Part shown: in pieces, positions 26,471-39,533 of the stretch | How positions within the stretch are numbered: position 1 is the stretch's first letter | Layout of the letters: each line of letters starts with the position of its first letter | Notes under the pieces: generated by a model | The model's input: the letters and a program-made list of their open reading frames with translations, nothing else | Told to the model about the DNA's origin: nothing | Database searches by the model: none | NCBI GenBank assembly: GCA_951406725.2 | Contig: OX597815.1 | Coordinates: 157,294,001-157,358,000 of the forward strand | Source: Octopus vulgaris | Lineage: Eukaryota | Direction: 5' to 3' | DNA length: 64,000 bases | Made by a program: the position numbers and the translations under genes

Positions 26471-27435
26471 CATACATATATACATACATACATGCATATA
26501 CATATATGTATGTATATATATATACTATATAAAATTCGTGGCTAAGGCCATATATATATGCATGCACACACATGCATATGCTTATACATATGTATATGTG
26601 TGTGTGTGTGTGTATTATATGCATGTATGTATGTATGTATGTATGTATGTATGTATGTATGTATGTATGTATGTATGTACCAATGAATGCATATATATAC
26701 GTTAAGGAAAAGTTGTTGCGACGGTGAAGTATGTCAAAAGGTAACTAGATACATTGTTACATTATTTCTCACATTAATTCGTGACATATAAGAAAAGAAA
26801 GAAATTAATGATGACGGCGACGATGAAGATGATTACGGTGACAGTGATTAACAATAACAGCATTTCATAACGATCACAATATTTCATAATAATACTAACA
26901 ATAACAATAACAACAACAACAAAGAATTTTCAATAAGAATTTTATGGCATTCTATTACACTAGCTTACGTGTCATAAAAATACTTGAAGCTAACAGAAAT
27001 CATTAATAATAAAACCATACAAACAAGTTAGTTAAGTTGCCCTGGAAGATATAATATTAGTGTTTTCTGTTTTTATTTTTCTCACCTGGTCAATCGTTAA
27101 TCTTTCTCGATAAAACGCTCGGCTGGTTGCCTGATTTATTTCATTTCTGTTTCTACAAAATTTTAGGGGACAATTGCTCCCCAGGAGTTCTTTCACTCTC
27201 GCCTACTTTAACAAAACTCAATAAAACAAGGGTATATTGTCATTTGTAATGCCTACTTTTCATTACATACACGATATTATGTTATCTAATGGAAGGAACA
27301 AAAGTAAAGGGGGGAATCTTGGCAGATGTTATATTGGGTTTAGTGAAGTTGTTGATCTTGCCCCGATCAAAGGATCCATTGTTGAGTGCATAACGTTTCT
27401 TATGTCGGGTGAGAACTTCTAATGGAAAACAATGT

Positions 27436-27577
27436 GAAGAAGAAGAAGAAGAAGAAGAAGAAGAAGAAGAAGAAGAAGAAGAAGAAGAAGAAGAAGAAGA
27501 AGAAGAAGAAGAAGAAGAAGAAGAAGAAGAAGAAGAAGAAAGAAGAAAGAGAAGGAAGGAAGGAAGGAAAGAAGGAA
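27436..27577. repeat. (GAA)n microsatellite and purine tract
   Basis: Read directly; source of the poly-E/S/F ORFs. Confidence 0.97.
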
Positions 27578-27659
27578 AAGTGATGCCCAAGTATTTCTCG
27601 AAAACATTGGTGACAAAACTGAAGAAATGTAAGTTTAGCTGAGAATGAAAACAAGATTT

Positions 27660-27860
27660 CTTGTTCAGGTATTCTACAGCATATTTAGCAGCACTTCGTC
27701 AGTCTTCATGTTCTGAGATCAAATTCTTCCGAGGACACATTTGCCCTTCATCCTTTCGGAATTGATGAAATAAGTACCAGTTACGCACTGGGGTCGATGT
27801 AATCGACTAGTCCCCTCTCCCAAAATTTCAGGTCTTGTGTCTTAAGTAGAAACGATTATT
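27660..27860 (+). mobile_element. SINE family B (alternative tail)
   Basis: ttctgagatcaaattc...catcctttcgg...ggggtcgatgtaatcgact, ending in (ATT)n. Confidence 0.8.
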
Positions 27861-27894
27861 ATTATTATTATCATTATTATTATTATTATTATTA

Positions 27895-29365
27895 TTTTTT
27901 TTTATCACGTGTTTTCACTGCACTACCGAGCGCAGCTCTGTGTGCCTTGGGCACATGCTGCAGTTTGTTGTAATGTGATATTTTCTGTATGTTATATATA
28001 CTTGTAAGCCCTGGTATTTTTGTTATGTATTTGTCTGAATATTTATCATTCCTAATGCGCCTACTATGATAGGAATTGTTTCTGCTTCTAGGTTCCTCAT
28101 TCAAGTTAACTTTATTTCCAGATCCTTGTATTTTGAAAGTTTCTCCATTTCTTTTAGAGAAACATTGTCATCTTTTGGTATTGATACATCGATTAGAAAG
28201 CATCTTTTTCTTGGTGATCTCTGATAACTATATCCGGCCTATTGGCCTTAATTTTTCTATCTGTGTTGGCATATCCCAAAGTATGATTACTTTACCATTT
28301 TCTATGACCTTTTGTGGCGTGTTCCTATACCATCTTTTTTTCTTTTGTTATTCCATAGCGTTGGCATAGCTTCCAGTATATATAGGTCGCAACTCTATCG
28401 TGTCTGTGAACATATTCCTTCTTAGCTAGGACTAAAATGATTTATTGTTTCTTCTCCATCTCCACATATTCCGCAGTTACTTGTATTTCTTTTTATTATA
28501 TATTCTGATGATTTCTAGTGGGAAGGCTTTGATCTTGTGTTGCAATTAAAATACTTCAGTCTCTGCTTTGAAACCTGGGCGTCTCAGCCACTGTTAGTAT
28601 TTTCTTTGTCTATTTCTTTTCTGATTGCTTTAACCCAATATTTGCCATGAAGGAGCTTTTACTTGCCATCGTTTTATCACGATCTGTTGCTGTTCCAGTT
28701 TTAATTTGGATTTCAGTTGTTTTACAGCTTTTGTTGTTTCTACTTTTTCTTCATAGTTGTTGGATACTATGACTTCTTTTCTGTATTTGCCAGCTTCCTT
28801 AAAGACTGACAACAGCTTTTCGTTTTGTTCGTCTTTTGTGGCTATTTGTATTAGTTTTTCTTGCTTCTGAAGTACGTATTTCTGAAGTAGGTATTTCTTG
28901 CTTTTGAAGTAGGTGCTTATTTTGTAATAGTTTTTTTTTAGCTGTATAAGGCCTCTGCCACCTACGTTGTATAATATAATCTTTCTATGTCAGATTTTGG
29001 GTGGTGCATCCTAAATCCTGTGATTATTATTCTTGTTTTCCTGTCTATTTTGATTAGTTCATTTAGAGTCCAGTTAAGAATACTGTAGCTGTAACTTATA
29101 ACTAGGACGGCGAGAGTGTTGTTATCTATTGTCTTGTTTTTTGCATTGAGCTCTGTTTTCTGCATTAATCTGACTCGTCTATAGCATTCCTTACTTACCT
29201 TCTCCTTCATCTGTGTGTGTTGTATCGTATCTAGTTCATTGATTACTAAGTATTTCTATGTCTGGTTTTGGTCTAATTCTCTTATTTCCTTTGCTTTATC
29301 TAATGTAATGTTGCTACTGTTAACTAGTTTTCCTCTTTTCAAGATTCCTTTGGCACATTTTTCTA
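27895..29365 (-). mobile_element. Degenerate R4/Dong-like LINE (post-RT to 3' end)
   Basis: KECYRRVRL..KTELNAKNK...IDRKTR..MHHPKSDIERLY..GGRGL; the 3' end runs into (TAA)n. Confidence 0.82.
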
Positions 29366-29367
29366 AG

Positions 29368-29562
29368 CTAAGGCGGTGGGCTGGCAGACTCGTTAGCAAG
29401 CCGGACAAAATACTTAGCTGCATTTCATCCGTCCTTATGTTCTTAGTTCAAATTCCGCCGGGGTCGATAAATTAGGTATCAGTGAAACACTGAGGTCGAT
29501 GTAATCAACTTATCCCCTCCCCAAAAATGGCTGCCCTTGTGCCTATAGTAGAAAAGACTATT
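29368..29562 (+). mobile_element. SINE family B
   Basis: aaggcggtgggctggcagactcgttagca...gttcaaattccgcc...cttgtgcctatagtagaaaag. Confidence 0.8.
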
Positions 29563-29579
29563 ATTATCATTATTATTAT

Positions 29580-30140
29580 TGAGTGAGAGAGCAGTGCATG
29601 CCATCAAAGTGACACTGGGGTAAAATATACGAAGTTCAGTATACCCATCATGACTACCAGTCTGATAAGGGTACACTAGGCACATGCATAACAACCATGT
29701 GTGCGCGACATGGTGATCTCATATCAAGATAAACAGCACATGACCTTGTAGGTAGGGCCCAGTTAGAATTTTCTTCTAGTCGAGTAACCCATCCCACTTA
29801 AAAGGTCCCTGAATAAGGGTTGTTTAACGATGTTGAACGAAACACCCATGTTTCCAGAGGTGAATTATTCAAACCCCAAAGAATCCCTCTAAACACACGG
29901 CTATGATGCTCCCCCACTACTTCTGCTCGTGATTAGAGATGCACATATCGTCAGCCACTGAGGGACATGCTCAACTGGTTATGGTCAAGCAACTGACAAG
30001 CAAATCTGTGGTATTGAACAGAATATTTGCTGTAGCCCATCTTTTATACCAAGACAAAACAATGTACATGATAACACTTCCAATCAGTTAAGATCAGAAG
30101 CCATGAGAGCCACTGCCTGGTACTGCATCAGAGCATTTAT
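29580..30140. mobile_element. Unclassified ~560 bp interspersed element between (ATT)n tracts
   Basis: GC-richer block with sharp edges and no ORF, bounded by ATT repeats. Single copy in this window, so repeat status is inferred. Confidence 0.45.
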
Positions 30141-30199
30141 TATTATAATCATTATTATTATTATTATAATTCGTCATTTGATAGTTTCAGGCAAATTTC

Positions 30200-30790
30200 T
30201 ACTGCCTTCCCTGCTACACCTTCGACTTGCTCGAGTGTGTGCAGAATTGTTGTTCTTGTTTTTTGGGATGGTGGGGGACTACAAACTCTTTCCAGTATTG
30301 TATGGCATTAGTTTTTGTCATGGGCATTGCCTGGAGTCTTTTGTTGCATTAGTGTTTGTATTATGTGTTTTGTGTGTAATGCGAGATGTGTTTTGTTGGG
30401 TATCCAACCTGTAGAGTACATATTGTAGGGTTTGTTTATTTTATTTGATATTTACTATATGGAGTGTGTCCTGTGTCTGTGGCTTGTATTATTTGGACTG
30501 TACTGTTGAATTGATAGTGTCTTGCGTAGGATGTGTGCTACCTTTTGGGTAGTGTACAGTGATGAGGGTCCAGGTATAGCTTCTACGTTTTGGTTCATAC
30601 GTATTTTTATCGTACCCAAAACTCTAATTATTAGTAGTATTGTTTTCACCTTCATACCCCCACATCTTAAATACTCCTATTTCGAGATTTTTGTACTTTG
30701 ACAATTTCTCTACTTCTTTTCGGACAATATCTTGATCAGAAGGGGCTGCAATGTCTATCAGTAAGCAGCTGGATATTTTTGTTTTGTTTT
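30200..30790 (-). mobile_element. R4/Dong-like LINE 3' fragment
   Basis: CLLIDIAAPSDQDIVRKEVEKLSKYKNLEI...IIRVLGTI (restriction-like endonuclease C-terminus). Confidence 0.75.
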
Positions 30791-30846
30791 CGTCTTTTTC
30801 CAATCCTTGATTTTCATGCCTGAACGATTAGCTTCGATTTCTTTGG

Positions 30847-30885
<39 letters not shown>

Positions 30886-31638
30886 CGGAAATTACTGTTC
30901 GACGTTTGTTGCTGAACTCCATTTTATCTTCTTTGAGATACCAACACATACTCGGAAAATGCTGTATCCACTAAGTATGAAACTGAGTTTATTTCAGCTT
31001 CGCGGTTTTCTTTTTCACCATATTCAATTTAAATGTTGCTTGAAAATGCCTTTCAACGGGAAATGGGTTTATGTCTACTCTACAAAAAAAAAGTGGGCCT
31101 CTCTCTTCTATTCTCTTATTCTTTCTCTCTCATTTTCTTACTCACCCCCCCCCCCCCCTTTCTCTCTCTCTTACTTTTTTAATATTCTATATTACAATCT
31201 CTTTTCTATTTTTTTTCTTCTTTATTCCCTTTCTTCCTTTCACTCACTCTCTAACTCTTATGTATCTTTTAACTCTGCAGCAACCGGAGACTAACAACTG
31301 AACTTTGTGGCCCGAAAACCGAGTTAAATGCCCTGCCCATAAATACAACTAAACGTCTGTGCAACGAAATGCTAATGTGCAGGCTACTTGCACACATTTC
31401 TAACGATAGTAATCAGACTACCGTACTGTGAACTACTGAGGTTATGGTATTTCTGTCATATTGCTTCAGTAATTTTCCATTTTGATTAATTTATATCCTC
31501 CCACACAGCGCTTTATTACTTGTCTATGCTACATATAAAAGGATGTAGTATTCTTTGTTTACTTCTCTTCGCTTGCCTTAGCTAAATGTTTTGGAAGATA
31601 TCATCGTATTACGCTATATATGGCATATGCATTATGCG

Positions 31639-31674
<36 letters not shown>

Positions 31675-31718
31675 TAGATAGATATATAGATAGATAGATA
31701 GATAGATATATGTATGTA

Positions 31719-31754
<36 letters not shown>

Positions 31755-33239
31755 TGTATGTATGTATGTATATAAATATTATACACACATATACACACCC
31801 ATTACGTATATACATACATTTATATACGTATATGCAAACATAGTATACGCACATATATGCATACATATAATACTGTATGCATGCATATATTGTTGCATAT
31901 TTTGCCCCATTTTGCTCGAGATAATGTATTTTACAGAACAATGTTTTCTTGTTCTTTTGTTCTAAATACTCTCAGAATACATCCTGCAACCATCTGAACA
32001 ATTTTTTTTACCATCTTTTTATACATTTATACCATTGCATATGTACATTAAATGATGCAATGCCCCATTACTTGTTTTCAACGCCAGCCTACGTATTAAT
32101 TGTAACACTGAGATTGCAACCGCTAATGCTACTAGTGTGTGTGTTGGTTGCAATATGTTCATTGGTTAATAATGATAATGCTTGGAGTTTTCTCATATCA
32201 AATTGCCTGTTATCGTCGATTATGTGTATTTTGCATTGTACTGTTTCTTTTTGGAGACTTTTGAAATTATTTGAAGCTTTTGGTTGCCTTACATTTTGTA
32301 GCATCAGAATATCTAGTGAGAGTGTGTTCGTATAACTATAGCTGAGGGTATTACTAACAAAACTGTATAAAGCAGTGATAGCCTCAAGAAAAGGGAATAT
32401 ACCAATCATAACTTTTGTATTTCGAAATATCCCCATAGGCTACAGTAGTTTGACTGCTTTCTTTTAAAAGATCATGTAACCCTTCTCCGAAATCGCTTAA
32501 CTTGCAGAATCTATGATCTACTTTTTCGAAACCTTCACAAAGATCAGATAAACCACAATTACATTAGTCGAGTTGAGCAGCTTCATCTGTATTCAGTCGT
32601 AATGAGGAAAAATTTGGAAAATGCCACCTATTCGTAGACTGAAATCTTGCTATATGTCACATAAATCTTTTTTTCCCCCAAAGAATGACTCACTGCGAAC
32701 TGAGTTCAAATCTTGCTGAGGTTAACTTTGCTTCTCATCCTTTCGAAGTCGATAAAAAAAAAAACCATCGCTCCAAGGCGGCGGATGGCGCAACAGTAAA
32801 AGCCTCGAATTAGATACCTTATCGTATTTGATTCGAGTTTTTGCGTTCTGAGTTCAAATCCTAAGATGGCCCTACTTGAATGATAGGATAAATCTGTAGT
32901 TCGGTTTAACCACCCTACCTGACACCTTGGATGACTTTAGTAGAGACTACTTTGTTGCAAGCATTCATACCAGGTCTCCACTTCGAGGATACCACTCTTC
33001 ACTCTCTCTCTTTCTCTCTCTCTCCCTCTCTCTCCATTCAATCTTGGAGTGCTTATATAGTGCTTATATACAGTTTTAGTGAATAATAAACCGAGTTTAC
33101 GTGTGACAGCAGAACTCAGGTTGTGACATACCCATGCATTTATATAACAGCTTCATCAAAATATCATTTTTTTTAACTACACGAAAGTCAATATACTTTG
33201 ATATGTTTGGTGTGTTTATTTTCGTATCTGTTATGATTG

Positions 33240-33860
33240 TCGCTGAATGAAATTCAGTATGCAGCTCGATTGCTAAACGTTCATAAACATTCAGAAATAT
33301 GTTTGAGATAGTTTGTTGATCTTCATAACTATATTTCCTGGTGACGTTATCATCTGCTCAATCAATCTCAGAAGTATAAAAATTAATACTTTCAGTTGTT
33401 TTGAGTCTCCGAATATTGAAAACATGCCCATCATAACCGCAACAGATGAGTTTAGTAATGTTGATTATAACATAGTTGCAAGGTCTAGATTAAACGAGAT
33501 AGGAGTAAAAAGATTATTCCGTTTAGTAGAAGTTTGAACAGAAAACTATGGCGAAAAGTTTTCTCTGCAGAGTATCAGTCCTATCTTATCTTCATGCAAA
33601 ACATTCACCACTCCCATGAAACGATGTTCGTAGGTATCTAATTGATTTCATTATCACAAGGAAATGCGATATATTAGATATGCAGCTCACTAGATAAATA
33701 TGATCCACTGACAAGAGAATGGTTTTAACGAAATTAAAAATTAAAATAAATCGATCATTCACACTCCAATATAATGTCTTGAAGACCCTGGTTTTAGCAA
33801 CAATTATCATAACGCTTAGAGCAAAAGTCTTTATGATCCATCACTTTATCGGATCTCGCT
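33240..33860 (-). mobile_element. Degenerate RTE-type RT fragment
   Basis: DGHVFNIRRLKT...ADD...EDQQ resembles RTE DG.LFNLRRL...FADD..EDLQ. Confidence 0.55.
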
Positions 33861-33899
33861 TTAATAGGATTAGAACTGGTGCATTTATAAATTAGTGGT

Positions 33900-33947
<48 letters not shown>

Positions 33948-33968
33948 ATGTGTGTGTGTGTGTGTGTA

Positions 33969-34045
33969 TAACTTATAAACAAGGGCAAAAGAAAATTAAT
34001 TTCTATGCCAATTGATTAATTTTCTTTTGCCCTTATTTATAAGTT
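33969..34045. repeat. Short fold-back (~31 bp arms)
   Basis: aacttataaacaagggcaaaagaaaattaat / attaattttcttttgcccttatttataagtt. Confidence 0.88.
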
Positions 34046-34149
34046 GTTTATAATTTTAAGCTTAAAAGTATTTTAATATGCTGCCACGTTTTTTATGAAA
34101 TTTTTTTCTGTAAAAAAACTTTATCCTATATTAGTAGTATATATATATA

Positions 34150-34359
34150 GGGGGGGGGGAGAATTCACAAAAATAAAACAAAAGACGAAGACATGTGGTG
34201 TAGACAACAAGCAGATGTATTAGTATAACGCTCGGGAAGTGAAAAAGTCTTTAACGTTTCGAGCCTACGCTCTTCCACAGAAAGAAACACAGAAAGAAAC
34301 AAGGAGAGAAAATAAAGTATGTGAAGTGGCTAGCGATCTATCATGGCGAAGGCCGGACA

Positions 34360-34360
<1 letters not shown>
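34150..34360 (-). mobile_element. Penelope-like 3' remnant with variant hammerhead
   Basis: Minus strand: tcttt-CTGTGGA-a-gagc-gtag-gctc-GAAACGTT-aaaga; between (TA)n tracts. Confidence 0.55.
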
Positions 34361-34445
<85 letters not shown>

Positions 34446-35056
34446 CATATATACATACATGTATGTATATATGTATGTATGTATGTATATATATGCATGC
34501 ACGTTTTTGTGCGCATGTATGTATGTATGTTTTTATGTACACACACACACACACACTCACACACACATGCACGCACCAATACACACAAAGCAAGTATGTG
34601 TTGAAGTAGGATGATGAATGTTTAGCTGCAGTGAATAAATGGAATGTATCCAAGTGTTTATTATTTTTTTGTGGTTGAGACTCATCGTTGACTGGACGTA
34701 AAGAGGACACCAACAATAACTGACTGTAATTAAGCAGCAGCCATAATTGCATGTGCGTGTATTCATATGTGTTTGCGCATTTACCAGTAACTGTTTGCGT
34801 GTATATTTGAATGAGAGTGTGTTTGTATTTTTTGTGAGGATGTCTGTTTTCATTTCTATATATGCGCATATTCGCGTGTGGATTTGTACATGCATTTACG
34901 TAGGTATATCTGCGTTTTTATTTGTATGTAAATATGTCTATGCGTATGTGTAGTTTCACACATACAGAGAGCGAGAGAGGTGTGTACGATTTACCGTTAT
35001 GTATGTAGATCGTAAGCAAAAATATAGTCCAGTCGTTTGCTAACATATATATATAT

Positions 35057-35242
35057 AGGCGCAGGAGTGGCTGTATAGGCGCAGGAGTGGCTGTGTGGTA
35101 AGTAGCTTGTTTACCAACCACATGGTTCCAGGTTCAGTCCCACTGCGTGGCACCTTGGGCAAGTGTCTTCTACTATAGCCTCGGGCCGACCAAAGCCTTG
35201 TGAGTGGATTTGGTAGACGGAAACTGAAAGAAGCCCGTCGTA

Positions 35243-35273
<31 letters not shown>

Positions 35274-35503
35274 GCGTGCGTTTGTTTGTGTGTCTGTGTT
35301 TGTCCCCCTAGCATTGCTTGACAACCGATGCTGGTGTGTTTATGTCCCCGTTACTTAGCGTTTCGGCAAATGAGACCGATAGAATAAGTACTGGGCTTAC
35401 AAAAGAATAAGTCCCGGGATCGAGTTGCTCGATTAAAGGCGGTGCTCCAGCATGGCCACAGTCAAATGACTGAAACAAGTAAAAGAGTAAAAGAGTAAAA
35501 GAG
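35057..35503 (+). mobile_element. SINE family A, full length, with duplicated 20-nt head
   Basis: ataggcgcaggagtggctgt twice, then the body and (gtaaaaga)n tail. Confidence 0.92.
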
Positions 35504-35727
35504 TATATATATGGGGGGGAGGTGCTAGTGATTGAACGTTTGAGTTACTTGCGTTTTTCCTGGTTCTTTTTCTTATGTCTTTTCCTTTGTTCTTTTTCCT
35601 CCTCCTTGGATTTATCTCTGTATATCTGACACATAAACTGTGAACACTCCTTGAATATTTGTCCTTCGTATTTGATATCGTCTTTTGTTATTGCTCGCTT
35701 TCTCTCTCTCACTCTCTTTCTCTTTCC

Positions 35728-35767
<40 letters not shown>

Positions 35768-35770
<3 letters not shown>

Positions 35771-36086
35771 TCAGTGGTTAAAGCGTCGAGCTTACGATCG
35801 TGAGGTTGTGAGCTCGAATCCCGGACCGGGATGTGTGTTGTGTTCTTGAGCAAGACACTTTATTTCACGTTGTTCCAGTTCACTCAGCTGTAAAATGAGT
35901 TGCGGCGTCACAGGTGCCAATCTGTATCTGCTGTTGCCTTTCCCTTGGATAACACTGGTGGCGTGGAGAGGGCCGGTATGCATGCGCGACTGCTGGTCTT
36001 CCATAAACAGCCTTGCCCGGACTTGTGCCTGGGAGGGTAACTTTCTAGGTGCAATCCCATGGTCTGTGTCGTGACCGAAGGGGGTC
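35768..36086 (+). mobile_element. SINE family C
   Basis: Homologous to 8751-9070; inserted in (TA)n. Confidence 0.88.
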
Positions 36087-36423
36087 TCAGATATATATAT
36101 ATATATATAGATATAGATAGATAGATAGATACATACATACATACATACATACATACATACATACATACATACATACATACATACATACATACATACTTAC
36201 ATACATACATACATGCATGTATAGATACATACATACATATTTGAGTAGCTGAATGAATTATCTTGTTAAGGATAATTTGGTTAACCGATACCTGGGTAGC
36301 AAATTCACATCAGAGAAGACACGTTTGAAGTTACGTGCTTTCGTGTGGAAATTTGAATTTTTTTTTTATAATATAAATATATGAAAGAATGGAGTTGAAC
36401 GACGAATTAACAAAATTCCTTTA

Positions 36424-36506
36424 TTTTCGACATATGTTTCGAAGGCTGCATATTCCTAATTGCGAAGGAATAAGGAGTATATTATGCCGCTTTCTCATCA
36501 GGAAAA
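36424..36506 (-). ncRNA. Type-I hammerhead ribozyme motif (left arm)
   Basis: Minus strand: ttttc-CTGATGA-gaaagcggcat...atgcagccttc-GAAAC-atat-GTC-gaaaa. Confidence 0.82.
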
Positions 36507-36604
36507 GCAAGGAACTTATGACAACATCAAGATGCACATGGGCTCCGTGTGAGCAGTCATCTAAAAGTTTTTTGTGCATCTTAATGTTGACATATGTTCC
36601 TTGC

Positions 36605-36687
36605 TTTTCCTGATGAGAAAGCGGCATAATATACTCCTTATTTCTTCGCAATTAGGAATATGTAGCCTTCGAAACATATGTCGAAAA
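36605..36687 (+). ncRNA. Type-I hammerhead ribozyme motif (right arm)
   Basis: ttttc-CTGATGA-gaaagcggcat...atgtagccttc-GAAAC-atat-GTC-gaaaa: complete core, extended stem II and palindromic stem III ACATATGT. Confidence 0.82.
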
Positions 36688-36962
36688 TAAAGGAATTTTG
36701 TTAATTCGTCGTTCAACTCCATTCTTTCATATATTTATATTATGAAAAAATACATACATACATACATACATACATACATACATACATACATACATACATT
36801 CATTCATTCATACATGTAACGTTTTTGGTAATGTACAGAATAGTATAGAAGTAATAACAAGGTTACTCAGCAGACATTCTGGAATTCTTCCATAGTTTAT
36901 TGATATACAGGTACACTAAGCCTACAAATTTTCCAAGGAAATGAAATGTAATGAAATAAAAT

Positions 36963-37559
36963 AAAACAAGAGCACTCAGAGAGCGCAAGCCTCCGCCAAG
37001 GCAAAACCAACATTCTCTCAACAATTAGCCAGAGATGATTTTTAAAATGAGAATATCTGAAATAAACTCGACTACTCTCACAAACGAAAATACTAGAAAT
37101 GAACCCGACCGCTCTCAAAAATTAAGTTAAAAAAACGGAAAAATATTCGAGAATCCTTGTCCTGTACCTGTTTGATCCCAATGGTAGTCATGGAATGTGA
37201 AGGTGGCTATAAAAAAATGTAGTAGCAGTAATAAATAGTTTATCCTTATCTAATACTAGCCAAAATTAACAAACTTACCCTTTCAAAATAGTTACAGTCT
37301 AAAGGGAGAGAGAAAGGCTTGAAAGTTAACGTAAGATAGTAATCATGTAAAGTAAAGTAAATATAACAAATAATCCAGCGTCCTTGTCCGGTACCGGATC
37401 GATCCCAAAATCTAATCAATTCATGCCAATCACGAGGCTAAACATCCTTGAATGTTTCCTCCGAATCCATCCAGCAGTTCTTGAGCTATCTTATCCACAG
37501 CAAACAAACAAACGCAGCTGAAAACAATACCTCCGCCATCGGTAAGGCGGAGGTAATAA
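36963..37559 (-). mobile_element. Non-autonomous Helentron-associated (HINE/DINE-like) element
   Basis: One end has acctccgcc-atcggtaa-ggcggaggt next to (CAAA)n. The other has cctccgcc plus the stem-loop gcactc-aga-gagcgc. Both ends sit in T/A runs with no TSD. Confidence 0.7.
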
Positions 37560-38094
37560 AGTAGAATATTTAAGTTATTACATTTAAGAAATTTTCAACT
37601 AGTGCTTGAGAATACCAGGATAAGCACAAGAATTCTCAAACGTCTGTGAAAAATTCTTAAAGGAAAAAATTAAATTTTTTTATTTATTTTATTTCATTTC
37701 ATTCCATTTAAAAATAATGAAAAAAAAATCAACCGGAAAGGACAGATTATGATTAATAAGGTGTTAGTTTAATACTTTAATAAAAGATAAATAGTGTCCT
37801 TGATACTTCATGAGTTCTTCTGAAGAAGAAGACAAAAGAAAATGTTGGAGTGGAGAGGAGAATGACAGATTAAAAATTACTGAAGGAAAAGCTATACACT
37901 GGAAAATCCCAGCCTTGTGGTGTGGAGTCAGAAAAGTTGGTGTGTGTTAATGTATAGGTCCTTGCACAAAGAATACGTAGAAGTTTATGCAAACGTGCAT
38001 GTGACTTTTGTGTTGTTGAGGTATGTCATCTGCTGGTACTGATACATGTGTGTGAGTTGTGTGCGCTTGTGTATGTGTGCAGTGTAAATACACA

Positions 38095-38430
38095 TCACAA
38101 CATCATAAGCGGAAAGTGTAACTTCTCGAAAGGGCTGTTCTTCACTCCTGCTCCAGAGCGTCGGCTGCGGGGGTCACTCCGAAAAGCTCTATCTGCGACG
38201 ATTTCATCTCAATCGAAGGAGAGGGGCTTTCTCCGTCCGGGTTGCGGATCCGTGGAATAAGCTGCCGGACGAGATAGTGAAGATGCCGACGACCGCTCGT
38301 TTCAAAGTCTCTCTTGACCAGAAATGTCCTGAACTCTTTGCATGAACACCTTCCCTGTACATAACTCCATGTTCCCCTACATGGCCTTGCTTTTTGCTTT
38401 TTGAGCTAAAAAATTAACTTAACTTAACTT
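38095..38430 (+). mobile_element. CR1/L2-type LINE 3' end with (TTAAC)n tail
   Basis: Near-identical to the reverse complement of 2610-2925. Confidence 0.88.
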
Positions 38431-38823
38431 ATACACAGTGTGTAAAAAAGCGTCTGGTGCGATGCCTTTAGGTACATGCATGGTTGGGTGTATGCGTGTT
38501 TGAGTGTTCGTGCTTCGGGGTGTCTCTGAATGTATGCCGAGTGTACGGCAGAGGTGTCCTTTCAAACGTGTGCTTGAGTAATCTAAATTGCATTTGTATG
38601 CACATGCATGTGCGTGCGGGCGCGTTTGTAATAAAAATTTAGTTGATTAGTCGATTTTGTTTTTAATCTCCGAGAATGCTCAGGTGCATGCGGGATTATG
38701 TATGCATGCAACTTTATCGTGTTGTATACACGCATATGCAAATAAAGTTGCGTTTCTGGTGCTTGTCAGTAATTTCAACTGGAGGTTTTGTATGTATGTG
38801 CGTGTTTGTGAATGTGCATGCGT

Positions 38824-38893
<70 letters not shown>

Positions 38894-39231
38894 GTGTGTC
38901 TGTGTGTGCGTGTACATATATATGGAGTATCTAGCAGTGCGCACATTTGATATAAAGATCACGTTTTTGTATTTAGTTTATAAGGCTCTGCATAAGAACT
39001 CGTGTTGAAACATACTTTATTAATTCTAAGCAGGTTCATTATACCAGTAATATACACACACACTGCTTCTATTTCACTTCTCTTATCTTTATTAGTCAAC
39101 TAGTTAACCATATATATCATAAATATATTCGTTAGTTTAAAAAGCTCGGCTCTCAAAAGCTTATCCTGATTTTCGATTCCGCATTTCCGCTGAGTAGCAT
39201 TTTGGGTAAGTGTCTTCTTTCCTAGCTTCCC

Positions 39232-39533
39232 TTATTTCTTTATTACCCACAAGGGGCTAAACTTAGAGGGAACAAACAAGGACAGACAAACGGATTAAGT
39301 CGATTACATCGACCCCAGTGCGTAGCTGGTACTTATTTAATCGACTCCGAAAGGATGAAAGGCAAAGTCGACCTCGGCGGAATTTGAACTCAGAACGTAA
39401 CGGCAGACGAAATACTGCTAAGCATTTCGCCCGGCGTGCTAGCGATTCTGCCAGCTCGCCGCCTTTCCCAGCTCGCTGCCTTTCCCAGCTCGCCGCCTTT
39501 CCCAGCTCGCCGCCTTTCCCAGCTCGCCGCCTT
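39232..39533 (-). mobile_element. SINE family B with five copies of a 17-nt head repeat and a TSD
   Basis: Direct repeat cttctttcctagcttccc at 39214-39231 and 39531-39548; flanks look like an older family A copy. Confidence 0.92.

Larger units (their letters stand above)
36361..36750. repeat. Long fold-back (~178 bp arms, ~34 nt loop) with a hammerhead in each arm
   Basis: 36361-36538 is the reverse complement of 36573-36750 with only a handful of mismatches. Confidence 0.95.

Noticed and set aside
27282-27420. Minus-strand RHKKRYAL, reminiscent of an MMP furin site
   Set aside because: No further MMP similarity, the frame stops soon after, and no partner exons were found.
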